Part shown: positions 26,507 to 38,600 of the stretch, in pieces
Layout of the letters: each line of letters begins with the position of its first letter
Numbering within the stretch: the stretch's first letter is position 1
DNA from: a virus
Lineage: Duplodnaviria > Caudoviricetes
Direction: 5' to 3' (one strand)
Length of the DNA: 39,059 nt
IMG/VR virus record: IMGVR_UViG_3300020280_000007
Location: 1-39,059 of that record
Position numbers and translations under genes: made by a program
Notes under the pieces: generated by a model
What the model saw: only the letters and a program-made list of their open reading frames with translations
Told to the model about the DNA's origin: nothing
Databases searched by the model: none

Positions 26507-28054
26507 TTAGTTTATTCCAAACGGTTTCTGACCTTTTAATGGCAAGTAAGCCACTTTTGCAGGACCTCCATGCACACTATTTGATGTTGTGAAATCATCA
26601 TCTAATCCTGTTGTAAAAATTGTATCTGTAGCATTGCTTTGAAACCAATTCATAACTTGACTTGGTGTCCAGTCCGGGTGTGCCTGCAATAGACAAGCCG
26701 CCATGCCTGCCATTTGTGGTGATGCCATAGATGTGCCTGATATTTTATTTTGAAAAAATGAATTATCGTAATGGTAACTGAAACCTGGACCTTGTGGCCA
26801 CGCACCAATTATATTTTGTCCGCAAGTGTATATGTTAACGCCTGGACCCGAATCACTGAAACTTGCTTTCTCGTTGAAAGCCGCGTTGCTGTTTGAAAAT
26901 CCTATTGCACCAACATTGAATCCAGGTTCTCCGTTTAGATTAGGACTACCACCTGTGTGATAAAACCAACTTCCTATGGTTGTGACCACTAGGCTGTTGT
27001 TGTAGTCTGTGCCTGTTGATACATCATGCTTCATGCTGTCATTTCCCGCCGCTATGCACACTATTATTCCTGCATCGGTTAATTGTTTTATGTCAGCGTC
27101 AACACTTGCTACCCTAGCCGGATATCCATATATCCCGCTTCCTCTGAATTGTCCGTTGATTCCACGTGTTCTTAAATTATTCCTTGTCGTGTCTGTGTGC
27201 GGAGTACCTCTGTATGTTCCACTAATTAAATCATACCAAGGTCCGCTGTCACTGAATCCAAATCCATTTGGAGTAGTGTTTGTGTTAAGGTAATAGACAT
27301 AACCATAACTCATGTTTACCACTGTAGGTCTTCCGTTTGTTTTCGCTTGATGCCAACCCAACAATGTGTCCATTGCATTTGATACTGAAATTGTGTGTGG
27401 ACTGTCCAATATTGTTTGCGAATAGATATCTGCATTTTTGGCCCAACCAAACTTTTTGCCAGCCATGGTAGATGCAACGTGTGTTCCGTGTCCATCTGTA
27501 TCGTTGTAGAAGTTTGTTGGTTGGCTTCCACTTATGCCCGATTCAGTAAACCAGTTTATTTCTTTTATTCTACTTGTTCCATTTGCATCAGTAAACTCCG
27601 GGTGTAATCCCGCCGCTGAATTAACTCCATTTATTCCCGAATCCTGTAAAACAACATCTACTCCTGTGCCGTCCAATACATAGTCATACGTTCCACCCGG
27701 ATCTGCTGTTGAAGTTCCAAAAATATTATTATCCGCTATGTGTCTTAACAGTCCCCAGTTATCTTGTTGACCTGTATCGCTACCTGCCCTATTAAAGTTT
27801 CCTTCTTGTAGAGCCTTTTTTTGAGGCATCATAGGAATTTCAACTGCTTGAATTCGAGAATCTTTTCTTAATTCTGCGGCTTCATGATCTGAAAGATGAT
27901 AATGTGTATTACGTTTGTTAATTTCTCTTAGGTCGTCTACAGGAACTTTGTGGTTAGGAATAAATTGTTTTTGATTTTCTTTTGTGAGGTCTTCGTGGAC
28001 TTCACGCCAATCAACACCTTCTTTTACCGTTACGATATATTCTTTTTCATCCAT
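26507..28054 (-). CDS. Subtilisin-family (S8) serine protease
   Basis: Catalytic triad motifs DVVLQDSG, HGTHVAS and SGTSMASP; oxyanion AAGN; N-terminal propeptide-like region. Confidence 0.92.
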   Translation of the reverse strand: MDEKEYIVTVKEGVDWREVHEDLTKENQKQFIPNHKVPVDDLREINKRNTHYHLSDHEAAELRKDSRIQAVEIPMMPQKKALQEGNFNRAGSDTGQQDNWGLLRHIADNNIFGTSTADPGGTYDYVLDGTGVDVVLQDSGINGVNSAAGLHPEFTDANGTSRIKEINWFTESGISGSQPTNFYNDTDGHGTHVASTMAGKKFGWAKNADIYSQTILDSPHTISVSNAMDTLLGWHQAKTNGRPTVVNMSYGYVYYLNTNTTPNGFGFSDSGPWYDLISGTYRGTPHTDTTRNNLRTRGINGQFRGSGIYGYPARVASVDADIKQLTDAGIIVCIAAGNDSMKHDVSTGTDYNNSLVVTTIGSWFYHTGGSPNLNGEPGFNVGAIGFSNSNAAFNEKASFSDSGPGVNIYTCGQNIIGAWPQGPGFSYHYDNSFFQNKISGTSMASPQMAGMAACLLQAHPDWTPSQVMNWFQSNATDTIFTTGLDDDFTTSNSVHGGPAKVAYLPLKGQKPFGIN

Positions 28055-28060
28055 GTAACA

Positions 28061-29980
28061 TTAAGAGACAATGGCCCTATCACTGACTCTTCTCCAATTT
28101 GTTCCATCATAGAAAGCAGGAATAGAACCACCTGATTCATCTGTACAATAAACCATCGCACCTGCTGAAGAGGTTAAGGATCCCAGTTGTGTCACTGTGT
28201 AACCTTTTAATTTCATTGGTGCATCATTTATAATTTCATTTGTAGGATCTAACGTAATAGTTGTTGGAGATGAAATAGTGTATGTGCCTGTCAATGTTGA
28301 TGGTGGATTTACGCTTTCTGCTATTAAATTTTTAATTGTTAAAGTATTTGTTGTAGAGTTGTAAGTGAAATCTGCATCACCACCGAAGTTTCCGGCATTG
28401 TTAAATTGAACCTGTTCGTTAGCACCTGCCGCCGTTGCATTAATAGTGATTGTGTCTGTGCCTGACGTTGCAGTCATAGAAATATTGTTACCATTTTCTA
28501 ATGTCAATGTGTCTTCGGAAGCATCTGCCACCACACTACCACCTGAAGGTGATATTGCAATAGTTTTAAATGCGTCGTTTACAGATCCACCGCCGCCGCC
28601 ACCTGAACCTGTGTATGAAATTGTTATCACGTCACCGTTCAATGAAGTTGTAATATCAGTTCCACCTTGTATTGTCAGTGTGTCAGTTGCTGTGTTGGCA
28701 GTTGTTGTTGCCGCACCGTCAACTTGAATTGTTTGGAAAACATTTTGTACGATATTTGGTGCCGTGTTTTCAATAAGCACTTGGTCAACTGTCGATCCTG
28801 TACCAGTACCACTTGCGGTAACACTCATTCCTGTTCCACCACTTATGTATAAAATATCATTTGGATCGTCTGCAATCAATAAAACATTATTACCAGGAAC
28901 ACCTACAGCAATATTACTGAATTCATCACTTTGACCACTTCCCGCTCCTGTGTATGCTATTGTTAAAGTGTCACCAGTAATTGAAGTTGAAATACCTGTA
29001 CCACCTGCTACGGTTAATGTGTCTGTTCCACTGTTGGCAGTGGTTGTGCCTGAATCTGCTGTGAACGTTTCAAATAAATTTTGTGTAGAAGTGCTGATTG
29101 TTAATGTGTCACTGTTTGCATCTGTCGTTACCGTTATGCCATTACCACCTGCAACCGTCAATGTATCAGTTGTGCTGTCTGCTATTATGCTTGATTGTCC
29201 TGCAACAGCAATAGTTCCGAATACGTTTGGTAAAACCTGCGTGTTGTTAATTGTAATTTCATCTGAAGTTGCTCTAGTGATTGAAATGTTTGTTCCCGGT
29301 TTAATTGCAACATCATCAGTTACTGAATTTGAACCACTCAATCTTAAAACTTGGAATCCGTTGTTATCAGTTGCACTTTCTATTCCATAAGTCGTGTCTG
29401 TGTCTGTTGCTGATATGGTTAATTCGTTTGCTATCCTTGTGATTCCGATATTAGTGCCTTGCTTTAAACTTATCGTTTGTAAAGCACCAGCACTATCTAA
29501 AAGTTGTAAAGTTTTTGAACTTGTAGTTGCGCCATCGACAGCATTGAAACTGTAAGTTGTATTCGTGTCTACTACCGTGTTTGTAATTGTAAGTTTTTGT
29601 GTGCCTGCAACATCTGTAATTGCAGTTGAGATGCCTGTGCCACCTGCTATCTGTAAAGTGTTGCTAGGTAAAATTGTGACCTGTGTGCTGTCATCACCTG
29701 CAACAATTAAACCACCACCAGAACCCTGCACGACTGTCGTTCCACCGCCTTGAGATAATAAATTGCTAGTATCTGTAAGTTGATTGATGTCTGTTGGTAT
29801 CGTAGGTGTGTTTGTTAGTTCTGTGTACGAACCTGTAAACACTGTTCCGCCAAGATTAATATTATTAGCCGCGACACTTGTTGCGTTAACAATTGAATTA
29901 CCTGATAGATTTAAACTATCACCGACTGGTAATTCTTTTATCTTGTTATCACTTACTACTAGTGGTATTCTGTTTGCCAT
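28061..29980 (-). CDS. Tail fibre/virion protein with internal repeats (639 aa)
   Basis: Thr/Gly-rich; repeated F.TI...DTLT..GG units; C-terminal PAFYDGTNWRRV; ATAAATA at 30006-30000. Confidence 0.75.
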   Translation of the reverse strand: MANRIPLVVSDNKIKELPVGDSLNLSGNSIVNATSVAANNINLGGTVFTGSYTELTNTPTIPTDINQLTDTSNLLSQGGGTTVVQGSGGGLIVAGDDSTQVTILPSNTLQIAGGTGISTAITDVAGTQKLTITNTVVDTNTTYSFNAVDGATTSSKTLQLLDSAGALQTISLKQGTNIGITRIANELTISATDTDTTYGIESATDNNGFQVLRLSGSNSVTDDVAIKPGTNISITRATSDEITINNTQVLPNVFGTIAVAGQSSIIADSTTDTLTVAGGNGITVTTDANSDTLTISTSTQNLFETFTADSGTTTANSGTDTLTVAGGTGISTSITGDTLTIAYTGAGSGQSDEFSNIAVGVPGNNVLLIADDPNDILYISGGTGMSVTASGTGTGSTVDQVLIENTAPNIVQNVFQTIQVDGAATTTANTATDTLTIQGGTDITTSLNGDVITISYTGSGGGGGGSVNDAFKTIAISPSGGSVVADASEDTLTLENGNNISMTATSGTDTITINATAAGANEQVQFNNAGNFGGDADFTYNSTTNTLTIKNLIAESVNPPSTLTGTYTISSPTTITLDPTNEIINDAPMKLKGYTVTQLGSLTSSAGAMVYCTDESGGSIPAFYDGTNWRRVSDRAIVS

Positions 29981-30002
29981 TTTTTGCCCCTTGTATCTAT
30001 AT

Positions 30003-30869
30003 TTATCCGGTTGGTGCTGTGTTCTTATATGGGTGGCTGACAGGTAAATTACTTGTTAATCCCCATTTGTGAGCAAGATAACCTTCTGCTTGTTCTATAT
30101 ACAATTTATTTCCACTGCCTATCCCAGGTTGTCCTTGTGACACCATAAACTCAAACAATTTCCCACCAAAGGTTTGACTGCCTCTGTTTCTGAATATGTT
30201 CATTCCTGCTGTGGTTTTCAGATTGTTGTCGTAATCTGTTTCTGGTGTGAAGGCGTTGTTACCGTTTACTCTTACACCAATTTCACCGTGCGATTTGTCA
30301 AAGTAACATAATATCATAAATTTAGTATTTGGTTGGATAGGTGTCTGGGCAGTAAAGTCTATCTTGTTTCCTGCTGTACTGCTGATCCTGTTTGTACTCA
30401 AACCATCAAGATCCAGTTCACCTTCAAAATCGTTAACGTTACCTGCACTGATGGCATAGTCTCTGGCAGGTGATAATGTGGTATCAAAACTCCATATTGA
30501 ATCCTTGGTGTTGTTCACCGACGCAATTTCGCCTGCGAATGCGGCCCAATGGTTACCATTGTTGGCAATCCCGAAAGAACTTGTGCTGAGAAATTGATTT
30601 GAAGCGTGATCAAACACAATAATTTCTTTGTTGTCCTCTGTGCTCTGTGTTGGAGTGTTGTTGATGTTGATGGTTGTTCCTACACTAGAAGCATCAGTGA
30701 TGCTTGTTAATGTATTAGTACCAGGCTGAAAAGTAGTTGTTGAGGTATCGCTCGGATTGAGCCACATTCTTAGATCGTTGCCTAACATTGAAGGTTTCCA
30801 ATCACGAGTGAAAGCACTTCCTCTATGTCCTGCTGTGAAACTACCTGTTGCTCCTCCTAAGGCAGGCAT
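30003..30869 (-). CDS. LamG/concanavalin-A-like fibre or receptor-binding protein (288 aa)
   Basis: LRMWLNPSD at the N-terminus and EGYLAHKWGL..LP..HPYK at the C-terminus, as in phage lectin-like domains. Confidence 0.6.
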   Translation of the reverse strand: MPALGGATGSFTAGHRGSAFTRDWKPSMLGNDLRMWLNPSDTSTTTFQPGTNTLTSITDASSVGTTININNTPTQSTEDNKEIIVFDHASNQFLSTSSFGIANNGNHWAAFAGEIASVNNTKDSIWSFDTTLSPARDYAISAGNVNDFEGELDLDGLSTNRISSTAGNKIDFTAQTPIQPNTKFMILCYFDKSHGEIGVRVNGNNAFTPETDYDNNLKTTAGMNIFRNRGSQTFGGKLFEFMVSQGQPGIGSGNKLYIEQAEGYLAHKWGLTSNLPVSHPYKNTAPTG

Positions 30870-32620
30870 TATACGCCTCCAAATGATACACTTTGTCCTA
30901 GTACCGTGTAGTTACCACTGGTTTTTTGAAAAATAGAAAACGATACAGCATCAAAGCCGTTGTCTGTGCCTGTAGGTACATTATTGTTTTGCCATCTGAT
31001 TGTTTGAGAAACTCCACCAATCTCTAATCCAGTCACCATTCTTCCTGTGTTACCTTGTGTCAAAATAAACAACACTGTGGTTGCTGTGTTAATTCCTATA
31101 TGAGAATTGGTTAAGTTTGCTGTGAAGTCTCCCGCCATACTGCTATGCATAAAAATATGTCCATCATCCATGTCATGATCCACTGTGCCTGTTGCACCAG
31201 TTTTAGATGTATGACTTTCCATTATACCGGAATCTATAAACAAGTCACCGCTACAAATTACTTCTGTATCATTATTTGTTGATCCTAATACCACAGGTGC
31301 CGTTCCTTGATTTGTTCCAATGTTCACCTGTCCAAATGATCCTGCGTTTATATTCAATGTGTTTGCTGAAATTCCAAATGTTCCTGTGTGTGTCAAAGTT
31401 GTACTAGATAGAATAGGCCCGCCTGCTATTTCAATATTGTCTTGGAATGATATCTGTGTGCTGTCGTCTGATGCAATCTGTGTGCCAGCGAAAGTCAAAC
31501 CACCCACCGTACCAGTGCCTGCTACTAAATTTCCTGACACTGTGGCACCACCTGAAATGTTTATACTACCATTTCCTGTGATATTGTTGTTGTTTAAATC
31601 TAATGCACCACCCAGTTGTGGAGTTGTGTCTTGTACGATATCTGTTATACCGCTACCACTCACAGTATCAAATTCTAAAGCAGTCTCACCTGCGTTTACT
31701 TTAACAAATTTTCCTGATTGTCCTGTAAAGTTTGCAGGAGTGTCTGATAATGAAACAAAAGTCTGTGGTGGGACGTTAGTTAAGTAACCTGAGTCATTTG
31801 TAAATGCACTGACATTTGTTGGTGATCCTGTCAAGTCACCGTATGCACCTGAGAACAAAGTTGGCTTACCAGTTAAGTCATTGTATGCACCTGAGAACAA
31901 AGTTGGCTTACCAGTTAAGTCATTGTATGCACCTGAAAACAAAGCGGTGTTACCTGCAAGAGCAGTTGTGGCACTTGTACCTATTTCTAAACCGTTAATA
32001 GTAATATTACCATCCACATCACTTGCTGTGGTAGTTCCTGTTCCACCCTTTATCTGTAATGTGCTACCCGAAGTTACTGTTCTTACAGTTGAGTCATCGC
32101 CCGTAATATTAAAATTAAAATGTCCTGCCGTAACAGAAGCAATAGAATTATCTACTTCTGTTTTTGTATATGCATCTGTTATTCCGTAACCTGCTATGGT
32201 AGTTGGTGTGGCTGTAAGGTCAGCAAAAGCAACACTCGTAAGATAATCTGTTCCTGCCACTGCCGCTGAAATATTTCCAGAGCCATCTGCTTTTACTATT
32301 CCTGTGATTGCTCCTACTACTGGATCTGTTTCTGTTGTTGTAACACCTGTAAGTGCTGAACCATCTATTGCCGGCAGTGCACCATGTAAAACAGATGATG
32401 GTATTCTACTGTTAATTCCATCAACAAGTAATGTTGAATCATCGCCAAACACAGAACCTTTGATATCACCAGTTGTTACTGTGACACCACCTGTCTCAAG
32501 ATTAGTAACTTTGAGAGACAGTTCTGAAAAATTATCATTAATCTTATCAAAGGCGGTTCTTAATGGTTCGCCGTCTCCTTTGTTTGGACTTGTCCCTATG
32601 TTTATTACCTGTATAGCCAT
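30869..32620 (-). CDS. Tail fibre protein with gp9/gp10-like N-terminus (583 aa)
   Basis: INIGTSPNKGDGEPLRTAFDKINDNFSEL; DDST motifs; PTTIAGYGITDA; SGAYNDLTGKP repeats. Confidence 0.78.
   Translation of the reverse strand: MAIQVINIGTSPNKGDGEPLRTAFDKINDNFSELSLKVTNLETGGVTVTTGDIKGSVFGDDSTLLVDGINSRIPSSVLHGALPAIDGSALTGVTTTETDPVVGAITGIVKADGSGNISAAVAGTDYLTSVAFADLTATPTTIAGYGITDAYTKTEVDNSIASVTAGHFNFNITGDDSTVRTVTSGSTLQIKGGTGTTTASDVDGNITINGLEIGTSATTALAGNTALFSGAYNDLTGKPTLFSGAYNDLTGKPTLFSGAYGDLTGSPTNVSAFTNDSGYLTNVPPQTFVSLSDTPANFTGQSGKFVKVNAGETALEFDTVSGSGITDIVQDTTPQLGGALDLNNNNITGNGSINISGGATVSGNLVAGTGTVGGLTFAGTQIASDDSTQISFQDNIEIAGGPILSSTTLTHTGTFGISANTLNINAGSFGQVNIGTNQGTAPVVLGSTNNDTEVICSGDLFIDSGIMESHTSKTGATGTVDHDMDDGHIFMHSSMAGDFTANLTNSHIGINTATTVLFILTQGNTGRMVTGLEIGGVSQTIRWQNNNVPTGTDNGFDAVSFSIFQKTSGNYTVLGQSVSFGGV
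31841..31944. repeat. 42-bp in-frame tandem repeat, about 2.5 copies
   Basis: gtatgcacctgagaacaaagttggcttaccagttaagtcatt at 31841 and 31883 (identical), partial copy at 31925; encodes LFSGAYNDLTGKPT. Confidence 0.92.
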
Positions 32621-35600
32621 TATAATTTACCTACCACTATTTCTATTTCACCGATTTCATCTCTGTCGTAACTTTGTAATGCTTTACCTATCACTGTTCC
32701 TAGTTTAGGTTCTTCACTTGATGTTGCCACACCATTTTGTTTTGACGTGACCAACATATCACCTTTTCTAATTTTACCAATTACTTTACAGAATACTCTT
32801 CCCATCATTGCAAGTTCTACACTGTTTTCAGAATTTAATTTGTTGTTCATCAAGTATGCAGGTTTTTGTGAAACAACACCAGCGACTGCTCTGTTGTTTT
32901 CTCCAATTGATATTGTAACTTCTTCTGGACCACCAAACATCAATACCGTTCCAGGTTGATAGTTATGGTCCGCAACAAATTTTTCCGCCAAGTCAGCATA
33001 CTGAGCCTGCGTAGCCGTTCCATCGAACACTGTCGCGTACATTGTGTTGAATCTATTGCTAGAGTCACCCATATTGATATTTGTAGAAGCATTACCACCT
33101 GCTCCACCTGGGATCAATCCATGTGGTGTTGCAATCACAGTAGTTGTTCCGCCTGCGACTATACCAACTTTACCTTCAGTTGAATCATCATATGGTTGAA
33201 TGTAGGTGCTAGTGTTACCGAACACTATACCTGTGAATGAAGTTCCTTTTGCTCCGTCCTCAATAGTTTTTGCATAGATGTAATCACTTGCTATTGCTGG
33301 AGTTGTGTTTACGCCAGATCCTGCATCGTTACTTGTACTTGCAGAAGCATCTGCTCCACCAAATCCAAATTGATTACCAATGAAAGAGTGAACTGTGTTG
33401 TTCACAGTTGATCCTATAACTTCGTATGCAACAACTCCACCTTGTGTTGTTAATCTTACTTTGCTTGAATCAACATCAAATGCTGTATTGCCATTCAATG
33501 CCAATTTTGCTAAATCAATCTGTCCATCTGCATCTGTTTTTACAATACTATTTGCTTCTCTAGATTTTGTTACATTAGAGAAACCATATGTGCCTGCGCC
33601 AGTTTTAATTAATGCCTCACCTGGATCAGCCGCTGTTGAAACTTCTACACCAAAGTCACCGTCAACAATACCACCACCGTCAGTTACAACAGAACTGAAT
33701 GATACAGCAGTGGCATCTCCTGTGCCTGCCGTTGTTCTACCAATCACTTGGAATTGATCTAAATCTGGTAAGTCAGAATAGTCAACGCCAGTCGCCGATA
33801 ATGTTACCCAACCGTCTGTGACTGTGAAGTCTCCTGAATCGAAACTTGCCAAACCTAAGTCTGCCTGAGTGATACCTGTTGAATTTGCTCTTGTTGTCGC
33901 GGCGTTCATTGCCAACTTGCTTTGTTGAATTGCCGCTGTCGTGCTTATATCTGCATTTATGATTGAACCTGTTGCAATATCGAATGTAAGTTTTGTTGCA
34001 GTTGCGTCTCTGTCTGCTGTGATTGTTACATCTGATGAACCTTGTACAACAGCATTTCCTATCGCCGGTATAGCCGCATCAAAGACTGTTGCTGTAACAC
34101 CACCGCCATTGTCAATTGTGTCACTTAAATTAAAGTTTGTTCCACTTGTTAATGTGTAAGTAATTCTTGTTGCTATACCATATACTGGAATACTTGCCTG
34201 TACAAAATCTATAATTGTTCCTGTTGCACCACTGTTCGAACCTGTAATAGTTTGACCTGAACTGAATGTTCCTCCGTTTGCTGGAGTTGTGTACATGATG
34301 AATTTGCCATTAAACATTAATAGATCACCAGCCGCTAATGGCGTGATAAAATCTGCGTCTCTATTATTTCTTATTTCGTCAGTTGCGTAATTTACAGCGT
34401 CAACATAAGACTTGGTTGCGGCATCTTGATCCGCTCCTGGATCTGCTAGGTTGTTTATATTGAATCCACCTAAACTTAAAGAATTTGTTGCCGGAGTTGT
34501 ACCGTCTCTTGCTATTGCACCTGCTCCTATTGGATTACCTACAACTTGTCCTTGATGGTCAAAGTGTAATCTTCTGTTTACGTATCCTCTTACTGCCGAC
34601 TCTGTTGGCACCGTGTCAGATGCATTGTCAGTCATCGCTGAATCAGAACTGAATTCTGCAACAACAACACCACGTTTGAATCCTATACCATCTAAATTGC
34701 TTAATGCAATTGAAGCCGAGAATGTTACCGTTCCTGTTCCTTGGTCAACAGTGAAGAATCTACCTACACGGAAGAATCCATCTTGGTCAGTTGAAACATA
34801 GAACACTCTACCTTTTCCGATTTCAACAACTTCATATGCTTGTACAGGTGCCTGTGGATCTCCGTAAATTACATTTGGATAATTTGTAGTGTTGAATCCA
34901 CCTGTACCTATGTCTAAGAAGTCATGACCTGTTGCTCTCATAGTCGAAATAGAAACTGTCAACGTACCTGTTTCATTGTCAGCCAAGTTTGCTCTTAGAT
35001 TTACACTTGTTGATGCTCTATACATTGAACTATGGATACCTGAGCCAACTGGTGTTGGTTGGATATTGTTTACATCTTGAATTGTGATTGTACCATATGT
35101 TGTTCTGTCTGTGTAACTTGTGACTCTGTGAACTTTTCCGTCCCAACCAAATATCATGTCACCATTGTTTAATCTTGTTACGTCTGTTGCTTGGGTAATT
35201 CTATCTATGGCAATAACAACGTCACCTACTGTGGCACCCATTGTTGTTCCCGCACCTGCGTAGGTATTGTTTTGTGCCTCAACCATGTTCACGTTCATCT
35301 TGACTGTGTCGTATGGCGAATCCATTGTGATCAATGCTTCGTTGGCACCTAGTGCGCCACCAATTGGATCTTGATTTCCAAATGCTATTGATCTGTAAAT
35401 TGCGTCTGTGTATTCATCAAACACAATCGCTGTGCTTGGTCTTGTTGGTGCAACATCATTTACATCTTCGAATCTAAATGATCTACTGTTTCTTATTGTT
35501 ACAGCCTGCATATCGGCAACTGCCGCTTTTAATCCTGTGCTTGAAGTTGTGTTAGCGCCTGCTGTGGACAGGTTTATTTTGTAGACAGTTCCACTTCTTG

Positions 35601-38600
35601 TTGCTGGTTGTACAGGAGCATTTGTTGTTTCGATATTTGATATTTCATATCTCACTATACCAATAGATCCACCGTGGTCAATCTCAACTTCACCTAAGTT
35701 AAATGGAATATATTCTGTATCAAACACATACAACGCAGTGGCGTCTGTGTTTTGAGCAAAGTCAGTTGTACCAGGATTGTAAATCAATCCTGTTTGTGTC
35801 ATGTTGTCTGCAAGTGTTATGTTATCTATCAATTCATTTGGATTAGAACCTTGTGCTTTTAATCCATAATTACCATTTGCAGATGATGAATTCAAAGATC
35901 GGATCTGACCACCATTGTTTGCGAACATACTCGCTTCACAATAGTAAGTGAATGTGGATACTTGTTCTGACAACGCACCGTTTGTAACTACAAGTCCGTA
36001 ACCTAAGTCGTTAACCTGTGTGTAGTCATTTGCAAGTAGAGATCTGTTACCACCAGTCTGTATAATGATATTGTAAGGTGATGCACCTGTGTAACCATTA
36101 CCACTGTTTGAATTACTTGCTAATAAAATTTGTGCAGTTCCGTTTGCTTGATCGTAATTCTTAATTGCTGTAACTTGATATCTTATTCCTGCAATATAGA
36201 ACGGTGCAGGTAACTGTGGTTTTCTTATGTATAAACCCTGTCCTGCTGTGCTTGTAATATCTAAAGTGAACGCATCGACAATATTGCTGATAGTTACTTC
36301 CATGTTTCCAACGAAACCATCTACGAACATACCACCTCTAAATAATTTTTTATTTTCTACTCTACTGAAAGAAGCACCTGTCTGTATGTAAGGTGATTTA
36401 GTTAATATCTGTCCTTCAGGATCTAGCACCTGTGCGAATCCACCGTGTCCTTGGATAGTCATGTTTCTGATTATAGTGGCATCGTTCATTAAGAAGACGT
36501 CCATATCAGCATTGTTCTTTTTAGCACTTGCGGAATTAGTTACATCTGTTAGATAATGGTAACCATAGTTCTGTGATGCAAGTGTTAAGCCGTCAAAAGT
36601 TGTATCTCTAAAGAAGTGTACACCTGCCCAAACAGATTCTGATACACCTGCTTTAGGTCTTATAATTGTTCTTCTAAATTCGTCACCCTTGATTGAAACG
36701 TTTGCAGGAACTTTAATAGGTAAATGTTCTTCGTAAATTCCTGATTCAACAAAAATTGTTATTTGCGTTGTGTTTACTTTGTTTCCAAATTCAACTTCTT
36801 CAGATACATTAAATTCTTTCGCTTCAAGTAGGAACATTTCAACGGTGTCGTTGGTTGCGCCTTGATCAACTTTTACAATTAGTCCTAATGCTTTAGAAGT
36901 CTTACCTCTTAAAACTTTTCCTGGAACTAAATCTTTGTTACCTGTTGCATTTTGATCCACAAAACCATTACCACCATTTGAAATGGTTACGGTGTATGTG
37001 CTTCCATCTGTTTGTGCTATGTTGTAGTTGTAGTTGTTAATGATATTTGTGATGATATCAAATTTTGCCGCGGCACTGTCTTTTGCAGACTGATCTACCG
37101 TGCCAGAGAATGATGTATCTTGACTTACAACTTCTGGATAAATTTTGTTTCCTAGTGAACAACTCCAAGTTATGTTTGCAACGGTTACGATATCACCAAC
37201 TACTGCACCATGTGGAGATGATGTTGTGACAGTAACTATTCCTGATGAATTATTATAAGTCGCTGTGGATACGTTGACTGTTGTTCCTCCAACTGTGACT
37301 GTACCACCACTGACATAAGTGTGAACATAGTTGTTCGCACCAGTAAAGATTGTAAAAGTATTTGCTGAATATCCATCTGAAAGTACAGCAAATTTACCTT
37401 GATATGTTTGCGAAGGTGCTGTTTTGTTTAAAACATTTGCCGTCACTGTTTTTGCGTAAGCGATTGCGGCAAGTGTTTCTGTGTTTTGTTGATTAATTGC
37501 TTTTAATCCACTGTTCGAACTGTAATATCTTTTTCCTGATTGTATAGAATGGAAGTTTGCCGTCAATCCATTTGAAACATCAGTAACAATAGAATCTTGG
37601 ATCAAACCTAAATCAACTTTACATCTACTGACGTTGTAAAAATATGTAGGATATGTGTTGTTCAAATATCCAATTACTTCATTTGTAATAAATTGTTTGT
37701 TTGCCGCCATACCTGCTCTTAAAGCCGTTTGTGCCGCCGTGAAAGATGTTGTTACTGCCGCTGTAGATACAGTCGAATTATTTGCTCCATTGTTATACGT
37801 GACCGTTTGTTGGTATGGTCCTGGCTCAATTGGAGATGTGTCAATTAGTATCTGTGCTCTTTCGCAAGCCTTGGCAATTGTTTTATATGCGTAACTTAAT
37901 GATCTACCATATTTGTCTGCCGGTACTCCCGACATACTATCATCGCCGTTTGTAGATACAAATAAATTTTTTGTAGAAGCATAACTTGTATTATCAACAT
38001 AAAATTTTGTAGCCGCTTGTAGATCATCTTGTGCATTAGGAGTTCCTGAACCAGCCAAGTCACCAGGATGATCACTTAAGAATAAAGGACCAGCCATCTT
38101 GTCACCTTGACGTCTTACTGCTGATTGTCTTTGTATTGCTTCTGTGCTTAGATAAAATCCATCTAAAGAACTGTCGTATTCGTTATCAATCAAAGTTTGT
38201 GTACCACTACCACCGCTAACAGTGATTTTTACTCTTGTGGCATCATTATTATTTGTTGCTTCAGATTTTGTTGCGTGTAAACTGATGTGGTTCGAATCAA
38301 CGAATCTAATAAAGTAGACTGTGTTGTCAGTTAAGTTTGTTGCCGCTGTTCCTGTTGTTGTATATTTGAATGCTAAACCATTTGCCGCCGATGAAAATCC
38401 GTGTGATGGAATATTAACATCACCATTTGCAAATTGTGTAATTGTTTTTGAGTAGTCTGTTGCGTTCGCTGGTTCTGGTCTAACTCTTACTTCACCTAAT
38501 GTTCCTGTGCCACCTGAACTTGCAAGGTAATTTAAATCTGCGTAGCCTTTTGTAATAACAACATCATCTAATGTTATGTTTGTGCCATGTGTTGTATTGA

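Noticed and set aside
31841-31944. 42-bp repeat as a CRISPR array
   Set aside because: Copies are contiguous with no spacers, in frame within a CDS, and no cas genes are present.
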